DNA of 61,344 bases, filler included, from Basidiobolus ranarum (Eukaryota), in the NCBI GenBank assembly GCA_040143965.1. It is 10 parts of 10 records of this genome, joined end to end, with 100 filler letters (N's around TTAATTAATTAA, not from the genome) between each part and the next. Parts side by side here need not be neighbours in the genome. Positions count along the whole stretch, not along the records: positions 36,906 to 42,945 come from JASJQH010008305.1; positions 43,046 to 49,082 come from JASJQH010008306.1; positions 49,183 to 55,214 come from JASJQH010008307.1; 7 more parts are not named here. The stretch is one strand, 5' to 3'. The translations under genes were made by a program, and so were the position numbers. Under the pieces are notes generated by a model that saw nothing but the letters and a program-made list of their open reading frames with translations, was not told the DNA's origin and did not search any database. How positions within the stretch are numbered: position 1 is the first letter of the stretch; every line of letters begins with the position of its first letter. Below, one piece after another: positions 39,867-53,345 of the stretch.

Positions 39867-40700
39867 TGTCGTTCCGTCGTCAATCTGTAAGAATCTTTAC
39901 TGTCAAATCTTAGATTATTTTCAATCATGTGTATTGACCATCTTTTCTACGCAATAGTACAATTATAAACAGTATACGTTTTGTTATACCTAAATTACTT
40001 CACGGTACACTGGACCATCCAGAGTAAGCTCTTAACAATCGTGTTACTCTGCAACAAAGAATTATACGCACTTGTTGGGTACCTTTAGTTCTTTCGTATT
40101 TCTACCCTACTGGTGGTTGAAGGTTTATCTTTCGTATTTTCAACTTTTGTGTTCGATTAATACCTACAGTAGCTTATGCTCTGTTGAATAACCGAAGTGT
40201 ATTCGCTTTCCTGGACTGTACATTATCCATATCAAGCAAGATATATTGTCGAAACCCTACTTAGGATGGCTAACTTTCATCTTGTACACTCTTAATGTAT
40301 TTAACTTGGGCCTTCACAAATATTAGGAACTACTTTGTCGACCATGTGTGAAGGAGCTTTACAAAAGTCACTGTTGTATCGCCATAACAAAATGGAATTC
40401 AAGCCCCAAATAGATTTGACAATAGGTAAGTTAATGACCATATGAATACTGAACTCTAATAGCCATGGTTGTTGTGATATTCCGATTTTTGTGAGTTGTC
40501 AAATCTCGGGTCTGAACCCAACCTATATTAAGCAAGATAACGATTGGAGAGACTTGATGAGAACAATATTCTCTTTACCTCAATTATCTAATATTCACTG
40601 GATGTTGTCATCAATACACCTCCACATGATATTAACTAAACATAATTTCTTATAGTATAGTTTTCGAGCGCTAGACATCGCTTGGGGTAGCATGCCTTCT
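39867..40700 (+). pseudogene. Possible decayed Rab-like small GTPase gene
   Basis: Segment KSLLYRHNKMEFKPQIDLTIG followed by a GTAAGT donor (~40355-40432) resembles the Rab region from the P-loop to switch I. A short ATG exon with a GTAAG donor lies at 39867. No intact frame. Confidence 0.3.
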
Positions 40701-41689
40701 ACCATGTCACACGAAGTGCCTCTGCTCTTGCTGCTCATGTCTTCCTGGGCTTTTTATTCTGAATAGCCAGCTTAAATACGTGTTCAAATGACTCTGGTCC
40801 CACCGGATATGATAAGCCAAATCTCATCCGGTTCCTCTAGAAACATGGGAGGAAGCTCCTAAAATCGCATATTTACCTTCCATAGGTTCACTTGAATACA
40901 CGCTATCTGACTGCAATAATGTAAACTCTGGAGAATCATTACATTTGAATAGATGTATATAATACATCATTTACACATAAAATACGCATTATATAAACTC
41001 ATGTTACGATATTATCAATTTTTTTAAAACGATTCACTCACAATTACCGCATAATATTCATATTCGCTCGCATCTATATCTACTTCCAGCTGATAACCTA
41101 CTGAACATGCGGCATTCTTTATGAAAGAAACTACATACATGTTATATATATTATACCTCTAACAACAAAGGTCACCGCAGTCGTACATCCCCTTCAACCA
41201 ACGATCCTGGAAAGGTTTACAATTCTTGCTCAAAGGGATACAAGCCAAAGACACGTTCACTTAACTATAATCTCCAAAACTTCTCTGAAGTGTCACCACA
41301 TCATGAACCGATCGCTGTATGGTTCATAGAACAAAGACCAGATTTACTTTTGAAAGTATTTATTGAGTGAGAATCGGTGAATCCGGTAAAGATGGATTTC
41401 AATTTAGATTTCAAGACATGATCCATTTCTTGATATTTTGATACTTGTACCACTAACATCACAACAAGATGCAAAGATATAAAACCACAATTGTTGCTTT
41501 TTGAACAAAGTCGATTAGATCACCTCAAATGGTATTGGCCATTTTAGACGACTAACAAGCTTGCTCAGATTGATAATTATCAAGCTTGGGCATAAGACCG
41601 TTTACATTATATATATACATGGATCAGTGTTGTTGAATATATCTATATACATGAATTGCTGGTTATATGATAAATAAATATCAACTTGA

Positions 41690-42945
41690 TCAAGCCTGCA
41701 CTTCGCTTTCTTGGGCTTGAATTTGGGTCTCTAATCGATTGATCCTCTCCAACATGTCTTGACGTTCAACACTTAGATTGGCATAGTGTCTTTGGAGTTC
41801 AGCTTCGCGATTAGTCAAGTGGCTGACTTGATTCTGAATGCTTTGAATACGATGTGGAATGGCTTCTTTTTCCAAAATATTCAGATTCCTAAATGAGGAA
41901 AGCTCAATTGCCACTTGGTCAAGCTCTTCATAGGACTCGGCAAGTTTACTAACAAGAGCTTCGGAACGAACTTGGTATCCACCCAGTACAACATTCAACT
42001 TCTTTTCAATCTTGGCGGCTCGTGACGCTTCCTTGGTCATTCTCTTGCGATTTTTCTCCAAGATGTCACTCATACTAGCAATTTTTTCACCATCCCCAAT
42101 GTCTTCAGTTTTGACGTACTTTTCCAATGAGGGAGCATACATGTATGACTCGTATGTCTTTAACCACATTTGGTCGAACTCCTCCAGATCAGGCACCAAG
42201 GAATCGCCATTCTGATTTGCGCTCAGTACTTTATCAACCTCATTCTTGATCAAGGTTTGAGCATCTAGCAACTCCTCGTCAGTAAATTGCTCTAGATGTA
42301 CTTTTTTGGAGGAATTGGAGGGACCATAAGGAAACTGTGCTTGATCATTAGCGAGAACAGACACTAGCTCTTCGCTTATCATTTTTTGGGCCTGTCGTAA
42401 CAATTCGTCCTCTTCGTCCATATCAGCACTTAAAATACCCTCTGCATTGATAGATAATGGACGAGGAAGTTGTCTTTGTATAACCTGGGTTCTACGTTTA
42501 AGTTCTGCTTGATGCTCCGCTAAACGCTTCTCCTTTCTACGTCTATCAGCATCAGTGGCATCTTCCTCTATATTAGATGGAGCTACACCATCACGATTAT
42601 CGTCAGTTATCTCGGGAAGGCGAATCTCAAACTCGTTTTTAGGAGCAGGTAAACTTGACAAACCAAGTGAAACTTGCTTTCTTATAGCCGCTAAGCGCAT
42701 CTTTTCAGCTCTTGGAGTACCTTCAACGAATGAGTCGTCACCGTCAGCATTAATACTTAACTCATCTCGGAATGGTGTTCTCATTGGAGTAGCACCAGCC
42801 TGACCACCACGACCTGGTGTACTGAACCCAGTACTTGAACCACCACCGTTACGAAGCGGGGTTAAAAGCGGATTAGGTGTTTGAGTTGGTGCATGGCGAG
42901 GAGTAGCGCCCTGAAAACCGGTTCCAGTAGGGTTATGATTAAGAG
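41690..42945 (-). CDS. CEF1: Pre-mRNA splicing factor Cef1/CDC5L, C-terminal part
   Basis: FQGATPRH, TPNPLLTP, GATPMRTPFRDELSIN, LPAPKNEFEI, RRTQVIQRQLPRP, KIEKKLNVVLGGYQ. Confidence 0.95.
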
Positions 42946-43045
42946 NNNNNNNNNNNNNNNNNNNNNNNNNNNNNNNNNNNNNNNNNNNNTTAATTAATTA
43001 ANNNNNNNNNNNNNNNNNNNNNNNNNNNNNNNNNNNNNNNNNNNN

Positions 43046-46000
43046 TTCAAGGCTCTGGAGACGTCCAATGAGTATTGCGTAGTGGTTTCTATCCTTTTGA
43101 TTGTTTTGATCATAGCTCTTACTCTCAATCAAATCGTAAAGTCTTTTTTGTTGAATGATGAGACATTGGATCTTTTCATCGACAACTTGAACCCTACGAC
43201 CAACAGTTTGAATATCTCTGGAATGGCGTTTCAGAATTTCCGAAAGCTCTTTGCGGTCCATCAATTCCCGCTGGTAATTTGAGACAGAGGCAACTTCTTG
43301 GTAAAGGCTTTCAAACCTCTGTCTTAGGTTGTTCAAGTACCCAACGATCTCGGAACCTTCATCATATCGATTCCTAGGGCTCTCAGCGGTTTGGAGTAGG
43401 CGTTTTTGCAGTTCAGTAATAGCATTTAAGCTATTGGTCATCGAATTGAACTTTTGGTTCAAAATGTTGATTTCCTCTATTATTTCCTTTGGTACGGTAG
43501 TAACAACTTCACGGTTCAACAAAACTGACTGCTTTTCTACTACTTCATTTACAGCACGGCCCAACAATGCTAGCTTTCCCAGTAGGGTTTGGTTAAGGTC
43601 GGTTTCTTTTTGCTGGTTGAGTTTCCAAATGTTGTTCAGAATTGCTTTCTGCTGCCCAACAAGGTTGCGAATCTGATTACCAAAGTTCTGGACTGTTGTT
43701 TTCACTTCTTTGAGATCGCCTAGTTCGCCAGCTATCACCTTCAATACATCTTCATTTCTAAGGATTTGCTTTTGCTGATTTACCAGTTGACGAATTACGC
43801 CACCGAATTCATTTAAATTCTGATTTATAGCATCGATTGCATTCCTATACTCAGAGGCTTGTTCGTCATTCGATGACTTGATAAGTTCTGTCTGTCGTTC
43901 AAATAATTGTCGGATTCGAGTGTCCAAACCACTGAGATTCATGTTGATCTCGTTTACTTTGCCTGCTACAATTGTAGGCAGAGAGTTGCCAACATTGGGA
44001 CGATTAAGCTTTCTTTGTTGTTCGATGAGATATTTGACCTCGTCCTGGAGTTCCTTGAGGTTAGCAACTATAGGCTGAAGATTGACGCCCTTATTAGCAG
44101 CATTCTTCATATAATCGGAAGTTTGAATCAGTTTGAATTGGTTGCTTAAAATACTATTTACTAAGCCACCGATCTGTGCAAGTCTATTATCGATTTGTTG
44201 AATTTCTCTGGAATGTTGTTCCAAAATTTGGACTACTTTCCTATTCGTCGTGATCCGACTTTGGCCATCAGCAATTCGGGCTATTATCTTGGTCAATTCA
44301 TTGAAGCGTCGGTTTAGCTTGGAAAGCTCTTCGTTAACAATGGAATTTTCATTGTTGGCATCCTTTGCTCCGCGTTGAATAAACAATGCTTGTTCCCTAG
44401 AGACTTCTATAACCGTTTGTCGAAGTTCTCCAAGCTGAGAGCTGATTCCATCGATTTGAGATGCAACCTCTCTAGGAATAGCAGCGTAGACTTCTTTGTT
44501 GACGAGTACTTTCTGCTGCTCAAACAAATGTCCGACCTTATCATCCAATCTATGAAGCTCTTCCAAAACACTTTGTATATCTCTATGGCTTTGTTGCGAA
44601 CTACCAGTAGTATTCTTAAGCAGTATTTGTTGTCGGTTAATCAAGGCGCCGAGCTCTCTTCTAAGGTCGTTCACTCCGAGACCTAGCGACCTGATCTGCA
44701 TATTCTGCTTCTTGATAGCATCCAAAACACGATCGTTGTTAGCAACTTTATCTTGGCGAGTTAAAATTTCACCAATAAATTCGCCCAGTTTAACAATTTG
44801 TTCATTTAGGAGTTTAACATCACGACGATTGACTTCATACCCAGCCTGGACCTTCGATTCCGTGATACCGATACGATTCTCGTTTTGGATAATGACCTGT
44901 TGCTGATTACCTAGCATTGTCACTTGCTCGTGTAACTCAAACATTTGTTTACTCAGTACCTGTATCTCATCTACCACCTGTTGAGGAATTTGGCTCATTA
45001 CTTGAGGTTTGGTTAGCTCATTTTGACGATCGATTATACTATTGACGTTATTATTCAGCTCTGTAAACCTCCGAATTAAGACTTCGATTCCAGGATTGTT
45101 TGCTTCCTGATTAGAGCCACTAGCACGTAGGATCTCTGTCTGAATTCTAATCAACTTGGTCATCTGAGAACCAAGTTTACCTAGTCGGTTATTCACTTTT
45201 CCAATGTCCTCTGTTTGGTGCTGTAGTATCTTTATAACATCCTCACGGCGTAACAGGTTCGATTGTTCCGAAAGAATCTGATTCACTGAGTTCTTCAAGG
45301 GACGGAACTCATTAACTATTTCAGAAATATATTTATCGATATTGAAAAGATGTTGCTCGTCGTGTTTCTCAAGCTTCAATAAGTTATTTTGTCCCTGAGC
45401 TAGGCTGGCGATTTGATTGTCTAAAGCTGAAAACCGGGCATTCAATTGTTCGATTAGAGCTAAAGCTTCTCTAGAGACATACGGACTAGCTCTAGCATTG
45501 CCAAGTTTTCTCTGGTAGTCAATGACTTGACTAACAACACTGCGTAAGGCTTGTAATTCCTCATATATCGGCCTCATATTTTGTCTTGCGCTCTCTTCTG
45601 AGCCTTGGTTAGAGTCATCAATCTTCTGAATGATGGCTGATTGCTGCTCTACAATGTTGGAGAATCTCGAGTTGAGTTCATTTAGTTTGGCGTCCAAATT
45701 ATCGATCTGATTTGCTTGGACTTGAAGTAATTTGATCACTTGGTTGTTGTTGAGAACCCTGGATTGAACATTGAATGTTTCCTTTACAAAGTTACCGAGT
45801 CCATTAAGCTGTTCTGAGAGGTTACTGATCTCGCTGACTAAACTTTCCGATAACTTCCTATCCGAATCCTTTGAGACAACGGTCATTTGTTTAGCGGCAA
45901 ACTGATCGACAGAGTGGACGAGTTCTCCGAAGCGAGAGTCAAGATTCCTTAATTCATCATGAATTTCTTTCGGGACACGCCCATTCAATTTGGCTTTGAA

Positions 46001-49000
46001 CAATCTTTCTTGTTGTACAACTATCTGATTTATAAAGCTTTGAAGACCACTAAGCTTCTCAATGATAGCGTAGTCGTTGGATTTCCTTTCACGGTCATCG
46101 TCGTAGCTGTTCTTTTGAACACGTCTCAATAGAATGGCTTGTATGCGTACAATGTCGTCAACCTTCTTGGTCAAACTCATTAGCTGATTGTCAACTTGAT
46201 CCGTTTTCCTGAGATTTTGCCTTAACAGCTCAGTGTGGGTCTGAAGGATTCGTGTTTGCTCAGCATATAAATCTCTAATATATCTTCCGAGTTGTCCAAT
46301 CGAATTGGTTAGCTGCTCCAAGCTTCCTTTCACTTCTTCAGTTAAGCCACTTTCATCTTTACGATTTAAAATGCTTTGTTGCTGATACAAAAGCTGATCT
46401 ACAACATCACTCAATTTAGTGATTTTAGTGTTTATAACAGAGACATCAAACGGAATTCTTTGATTGCTTGAGCCACCCCATTGAGCCTTCAAAATCGTGG
46501 CCTGTTGATTCACCAATCTGAACACAATGTCTCGCAATTCACCAAGCTCATTGACTGCCTTATCAAGTGTATCCGTATTTTGGTCCTCTTTGCCCATTAA
46601 AGCCCTTTGCCCATTCACCAACTGCTGCACTCGTTCTCCCAGAGTGGATACCTTAAAATTAATGTTTTTAAAGCTCTGAAATTGTTGATTACTGAGAGCA
46701 CCGATACGCTTGAGAATTTCAAGCTGTACATTCGAAGTCCGATTGATTCCTTTGTCAAGGTCGATGAGCTCAGAAGTAAGTTTCTCAATTTGAGCGTAGA
46801 TTTCATCCGAATATTTCTTTTCACTGTTCGAATTTAGTTGGATTATTTTCTCTTGTCCCAAATATATCTGGCCAACAAGACTGCCTAGTTGACTTAGTTC
46901 CCTTCGTAGGCTTTCTATCTGTTTATCTACATCCTGGGATGAATAGTTACCACGAATATTTCGAGCCAGCATATTCTGCTGTTCTAAGATTTGACGGGCA
47001 TTTCTACTTATATCCTTCAATACCGTAATGAGGCGAGCATCATTAGCTCTATTTCCGTTAGAACCTCTACGATTCAGCAATTCTTGTTGTTTCAAAATCT
47101 GGTCGATTCTATTGCTTAGCTGGCCAACTTCCAGAGAAAGGTGTTGAATTCCTGTGTTTTGCTGATTAAAAAATCTTACTACTTCGTCCCGAGTAATGAG
47201 TACAGCCTGCGATTGAATCAATTTGTTTACAGTGATAAAGAGCTGTTCAAACAGGGCATTATAGTGTTTGATCTCTCCTTGATTGTTTCCTTTTCCGGCA
47301 TATTGGAGAACTTGATCCTGCTTAGATAAAAGTTCTCGAATAAACAGAGCTAACTGATTTAGGCCACTTTCTATAGCTGTGATTTCTTCTCTCAATTCAG
47401 CAGATGTATCATGGCCAGATTTAGCAAGAATCAATTTACGCTGTTCGTTTATCAATTGGTTGACGGCTCTCTCCAACTCATATAGTCTTCCGTTTATAGG
47501 CGATTCCTTGTTGTAAAGTTTGCTGTTGAACAACCTTTGTTGTTGATTAATCAACTTCGAGACATCCGACCCTAAGGTTGATAATTTTTGATTCACAAGT
47601 TTGAAGTTGCTATCTTGCGACTTCCAGAGTGAATTAACCGCCCGAAGTAACCCATCCTGGTATCTAGTTAATTCTTCAACAGCACCATTGAGTTTATCAA
47701 CTTTGACTTTAATCTGTCGCGCCTCCATTTCAGTATTCTTACTATGAGCGTTAACATTACTGAGTAAAGCTCTTTCTTCCTCGATCACTTGTTGAGTTGC
47801 CTGATTCAAAAGATAGAGCTTCTGAGTCATGTTTCCGATATCATTCAAGCGTTTTCTTGATATATTGGATTTCACATAAGCAAAGAGCTGATCTTGTCCG
47901 CTAGTCAGTCGTTGTACTGCATTATAAAGCCCAGCCAGTTGGTCAATATGTGCTTTCATGAAATTTCCATTCTGACCCTGGTTATTACGGTACCGTTGAC
48001 TTTTTTCTAACTCAACCAAGTCGTTGATTGAGCTTTGAATCTGGCCCATTTGCATACCAAGTTTTTTGAGGTCTTTCGACTGAGATACGATTAAAGAAAA
48101 ATACTCCGGAATATGCAAAAGTACGTTTTGTTGCCTACTGATGAGTGTCGCAATCTCCCTCAACTGGCCAAGCTTTGAATCGATCAAATCAAGCTTCCTA
48201 TCCACAACTCCATTGTTTTCGGAATCTCCTTTACCGAGATAGCTTAGGACTTCGTTCTGTTGATAGACCAATCTATCAATGACGATGCTAAGTTTTCCTA
48301 GTCGCTCATTCATATTTTGAATGCTTCTATCCAACCCATAATTCCTTTGACCATCAGACTTTATCGATATCAATCTTTCTTGATCTTGAACTAGCTGGGC
48401 CACCACAGCGTAGAGTTGTTCTAGCTGTTTTTCAATTTGACTATTATCACGATCATCTCGACCTTCGTGGTTAGCCAAGATACTTCTTTGTTGTCGGATT
48501 AAGACATTCATTGTTGATTTGAGGTTTGCGAGTTGTCCCCCGAGATTTGCAATGTCACCAGAATAATCCTTCAATTTCAAATTGAAATCACCACCCAAAA
48601 TGCGACCTTGTTGCCTAGTAAGAAGTACAAGTACGTTATTTAGCTTACTCAACTTCCCGTTGATATCTTGAATATCCCGTGCTTCCCCTCGACCGTTATT
48701 CAAGATCTGTTCTTGTTCATCGCTAATCTTTTCTATGACCTTGTAGATGCGGGTGCTTTGGTCAGCTAAATATTCAATCACTCTCTCGAGTCCGGCAGGT
48801 ATCTTATCTCCCGATCCCCGCACCAAGACTCTTTGCTCTCTGATTACCTGCGTAACCGAATTACGAAGTTGATTGAGAATGCCCTCAAGGTTGCGGTATT
48901 CATCTGAGTTGCCAAGTCTTTCATAGATGCTTCGCTGTTGCTTAATAAGACGATTCATTCTCTGACCTAATGCCTCTAGTTTAGCATCTAGTATTGTGAT

Positions 49001-49082
49001 TTTGTTGTTGTAATCTGGTGTGTTTACAGTGATCGATTTTCCTTGAAGGAGATCTCTTTGCTGGTATACAATAAGACTGACT
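43046..49082 (-). CDS. Giant alpha-helical/coiled-coil tandem-repeat protein, internal fragment (>=2012 codons, both ends missing)
   Basis: The frame is open across the whole contig; upstream of the listed ATG it reads VSLIVYQQRDLLQGK..LEALGQR. Heptad Leu/Ile/Val pattern with a recurring xQQxxLL ending. Confidence 0.9.
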
Positions 49083-50956
49083 NNNNNNNNNNNNNNNNNN
49101 NNNNNNNNNNNNNNNNNNNNNNNNNNTTAATTAATTAANNNNNNNNNNNNNNNNNNNNNNNNNNNNNNNNNNNNNNNNNNNNGGACCACAGATGGGCATG
49201 TAGTTCTTATATGGGATACCTAGGCAAGGGGGGGGCTGATTTAACCATCGACGTTCGACGATACGCACCGTCCAAAATACTGGAAAGATCGATTCCGACA
49301 TACCCATTGGCTTCGCAGATATCCTCGATGCCATTCATGTGTGGTGTGCGGAACCAGTGATATGTAGCATTTGCACTTGGAATGCATTGTCACGTAGATT
49401 AATCGGGAGCCACTTCACAATAAGGTACGAGCAGGGGCCAATGGAGGCCTTTGACATGGGCGGTAAATCAAAATCCCTTGTGTCATTACAGAAACATCCT
49501 ATCAGCAAGTATTTGTCAGATGGACCCAGTGCCACCAATTTCAATTACGTCAATGTTGCAGCGAGCGCGATGAATTCGCCGGCTAGTTACAGAAACCTAA
49601 ATTAAAGTCCATGAATTCATCACAAATGTTGTTGCAGCCCTTTCTCAGCTACCATCTTGCTACACACAGATATTGAACCTGTGTTAAGGGGCGAATTTGC
49701 CATGATGATTGATAATCACCGAATGCACTCTTACGTAAGCATCTAGTATCCATACTGTCCAGACTTAGGGTTGTAATGACTTCTAAACCTTGACAAACTC
49801 ATTGTACTATGTTGCAAAATAGGCAATGGTTTTACCAGACGAACCTGCCCATTGAGCCAATCAATCTCTATCAAGACACTGTGGTTTCACTAACAAGATA
49901 CTACTATCATGGAGGATGTAATTGGTATGCAGTCCATGTTTCTCGAATATCAAATCATTGATGGTTGTACGATTGCCAAATAGTGTCAAGAAAGGCAAGG
50001 AATCCTGGAATGCGCAGAGATTGGCCGTGATCGATTCCTACCTCAACCAATATGCTGCACTGCAATGTTCAGACTCCGTTGAACAGGGATCTTCAATAGT
50101 TCACCTTTGTAGAGGGGATGTCCTCAGAAACATTCCCATTGGCATTTGGTTTGGGAATTGCAATATGAATCTGACTTTGTCTGATTTCCTGTTACAATCG
50201 CGGTCTCTGGGATCAATTAAGATCGCGATGTTCTTGGTGTCCAGATATAATTTCCGCAGTTTGAGCTTCGCATGCGGCACTGAAATACTGGAGATCTATT
50301 GATTTTCGCATAGGGTTAGGTTTGAAGTGTGGGATATTTTGGAGTGATTTAGTCAATGAGTGTAATGCTTGCCTAATCTACATACGCTGGATATCTGTAG
50401 AGTATGCACATATACTTGATCCAAAATGTTTGTAACTTTAGAAGGGGGAGGGATGTTGCTTATTGCTGACTTTTGTGATCCACATGATGGCGGGAATCGG
50501 GATTCATGTGTCTTATCAGCTATCCAAAACCTGCAGCGCACAATCTCCTTCGCATTAAGGATCTCCTCTGATAACGCTTTTCTAAGTATTGCAGATTGTT
50601 GTGTTAGGAGGCAGTGGTTCACACAATGGATTTAAGGTTTGAATACTTAGCACTCCAAGCGCTAGGTGACTCATAACCATAGTGCACAGATTTAAAGAAA
50701 TTGCATTTCTATATCAACCTACCATAAATCAGAGCTTGGAAATAACCACAGAATAGATGTCGCTGTTACTCAGTTTGTGCTTTCCAGCATCCATGTAGTT
50801 CTCCATTAAGAGTTCTTGGAAAAATAGGTGCAACTATGAGTGCATCATTATACTTTTATTTCTTCAAGATCCAACTTGGTCTGATTGATGTCCATGCTTG
50901 TGAACAATTGGTGATGACTATCATTTAGATGATATCTATGAGATATATGCTGAAAT

Positions 50957-51270
50957 TGTTAAAGTATTTGGGAGCCTGTTGGAAGTGGTTTGGAGAAATA
51001 GAGAAATTGGTGGTTTTCACTTACTGAGCTGATATTTATAGTTTTGTCAAGATGTAAACTAACTAAAGTGTAGAATGTGTTAAGGAAGGTCCCAGTAGCT
51101 TTTACGCAATGCTTGGGGCTTCTAGCACAAGTTTGAAAAATCTATATATCTGAGAACTTCAAAGTAAATTTCGATTGAGAATAATGGGTGATATCTTAAG
51201 TCAATATAGGATAACTAAATACAAAGCTATATATGACTATATAGGTGTTTAGGCAATGCTAATTCCAACG
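50957..51270 (-). mobile_element. Solo LTR, family B, with 5-bp target site duplication GAAAT
   Basis: Reverse complement of 30093-30440. GAAAT at 50952-50956 and 51271-51275. Confidence 0.92.
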
Positions 51271-51862
51271 GAAATATCAGACTTGAGTACACCCTGCATA
51301 TCTGACATTACGAATACCTCTAGTTAAGATTGTAGTACTTTATATCATATTCGCCTAATACTTTATCCAACTCTATTGTTACCTTTACATTACAATCTTT
51401 TGCTATTTCTTTCTATTTCTACCACAGCAATACATACTGTTTTCAATTCAATATAGCACCAGCATAATACACCTATATCTTCTAATGGTCCTGAAAATCA
51501 GCTACAAATATTTACAGCAGTATAGTTACATGCATTTTGTTTTCTATATTGTCCAAACTTATGATGCGCTTGTAAGGAAAAAGAAAATACAAACTGATAT
51601 TATGACATAATCAAGACATATAAATCTTATAATGCCTCACATTTACTCAAGTTAAATCATATATTGTTAGCATTAAAACCAATCGTCCTGGCTAAAATCA
51701 TGTGATTTGTTGAAGGTGTTCTGCAGCAAACTATCAAGCTGTATTTCTACAATTCACTTTCAACTAAAATAACTTTTTGCTTAACCTAATATAAAATTGA
51801 ACACTTGGTATTCCCAAGACTTCTATTAGTCCAAATATGCGCTGGCAATATCACCGGCTTAA

Positions 51863-51980
51863 TGTTGAAGTGCTTCGGGAGTTGTTGGAAGTGATTTAGA
51901 GAACTAGAAGACTTGGTGGCTTTTACTTACTGATTTATTGAGTGCAAGTTGACATTATACTTTTGATGTCATTTTCAACA
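51863..51980 (-). mobile_element. Internally deleted mini solo LTR (family B-like)
   Basis: TGTTGAAG...TTTCAACA termini; first ~75 nt homologous to 50957 onward; flanks CTTAA / CTTTA (4/5 TSD match). Confidence 0.7.
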
Positions 51981-53345
51981 CTTTAACGGTTCCAAAATTC
52001 TGCACTTGATTATTTCTTCGGTCTAGTAAAGTTCGAGACTTTTATCACTGGTCTTTCAGACACAATAGCTGGCAATTAGGCCCAGAATCTAATTCAATCC
52101 TGATTGACATAATCAATAGAGAGCTGCTAGTCTTGAAGTTGTCATTTTTTGTAGCTCTTTTGTATGTACGATAAGGAAGCGATGACTTTTGAGGCCTGGC
52201 TAACATCAAGTTTTTCATCATATTCTTAGAACATCATGGAGATACATCCGAATCATTATCTCAGTATCAAGAACAACAAATACCTCACTTCTAAAATTAC
52301 TCACACATCTATCTCTGAGCTGACTACCTGAATATAGCACAGGGAGTACAATCATTCGATAAAGGATATCAGCAGAATCTAGGCACCTTGTTTTCCACCT
52401 AACAGCATGGCCTGAAAATAGTTACTTTATAGATCCAAATCGAAACAAATCAGAGGAGTAACTCAGTATAGAGGCCTACTATCTGTATGGTGTGCTTCAA
52501 CAATGGTAGTTTATCTTCATATGGATCAACTCTATGTCATATTCAAGCGATATGATATCAGATAATGTAAAATTATTTTTCGGCTTAGTTGTTCACTATC
52601 CGGCTCCCTCAAGCTTGATCAGTTTCAATCAACCTTGATCTTGTATACAAAGAATCGAGCTTTCAGTATATTGGAACAAGTATTAAACATATACTTCTCA
52701 CCGGATGCCATGAAGTTTGCTCGTATACACAGACAACGGCCTTTTGATATATCTCTAGCTCTGTATGTTTGAAAGCCTAAGCACAGGCTACTTACATCAA
52801 TCCATAAGTACTGAGAAAGCTGCTTTGCCTTCCACGCTGTATTCGGCATATTTCTTGGTCCAATACATTATGCTAATAAGGACGGTGGCATTTGTTATTA
52901 TTTCAACTGGATGCGAATCACGTTACTTCACCCAGTCCAATCGGTGATCTCCGTAGCCCACGAGTACCAGGATAAATACGAATATTGGACATATTGTGAT
53001 CATCACGTGTCTCACGGGATAAATCACTGTGTGAACCATAGAATTGTTTCTGGAGTGTCACTGAGAAAATTGCATTTAGTTAGACGAACGAGGATTGTGC
53101 TACATAGCACCTTCAACTATCGATTTCAATCAAATATCATTTGCTTGAATTTCATGTAGTTGTTGTAACCGCAACCATGGCTATAACGTAACTACTGGCT
53201 GCATATGTTGTAAAGACCATATTTAATTAGTTGTCTTGGATATCTGAATGCCAATTGGGAAACATTAAATAGTACAAAGCGATGGAATGATTTACAATGA
53301 GTAGCCATTATTAGTCCTGGAATGCCAGTAAATAGATATTAACGA

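Noticed and set aside
43082-47329. Short plus-strand ORFs inside the giant gene, and antisense ORFs over other genes
   Set aside because: Shadow ORFs of real coding sequence on the opposite strand.
49183-50640. Coding-like minus-strand fragments at the start of contig 9
   Set aside because: Multiple stops and no recognisable family.
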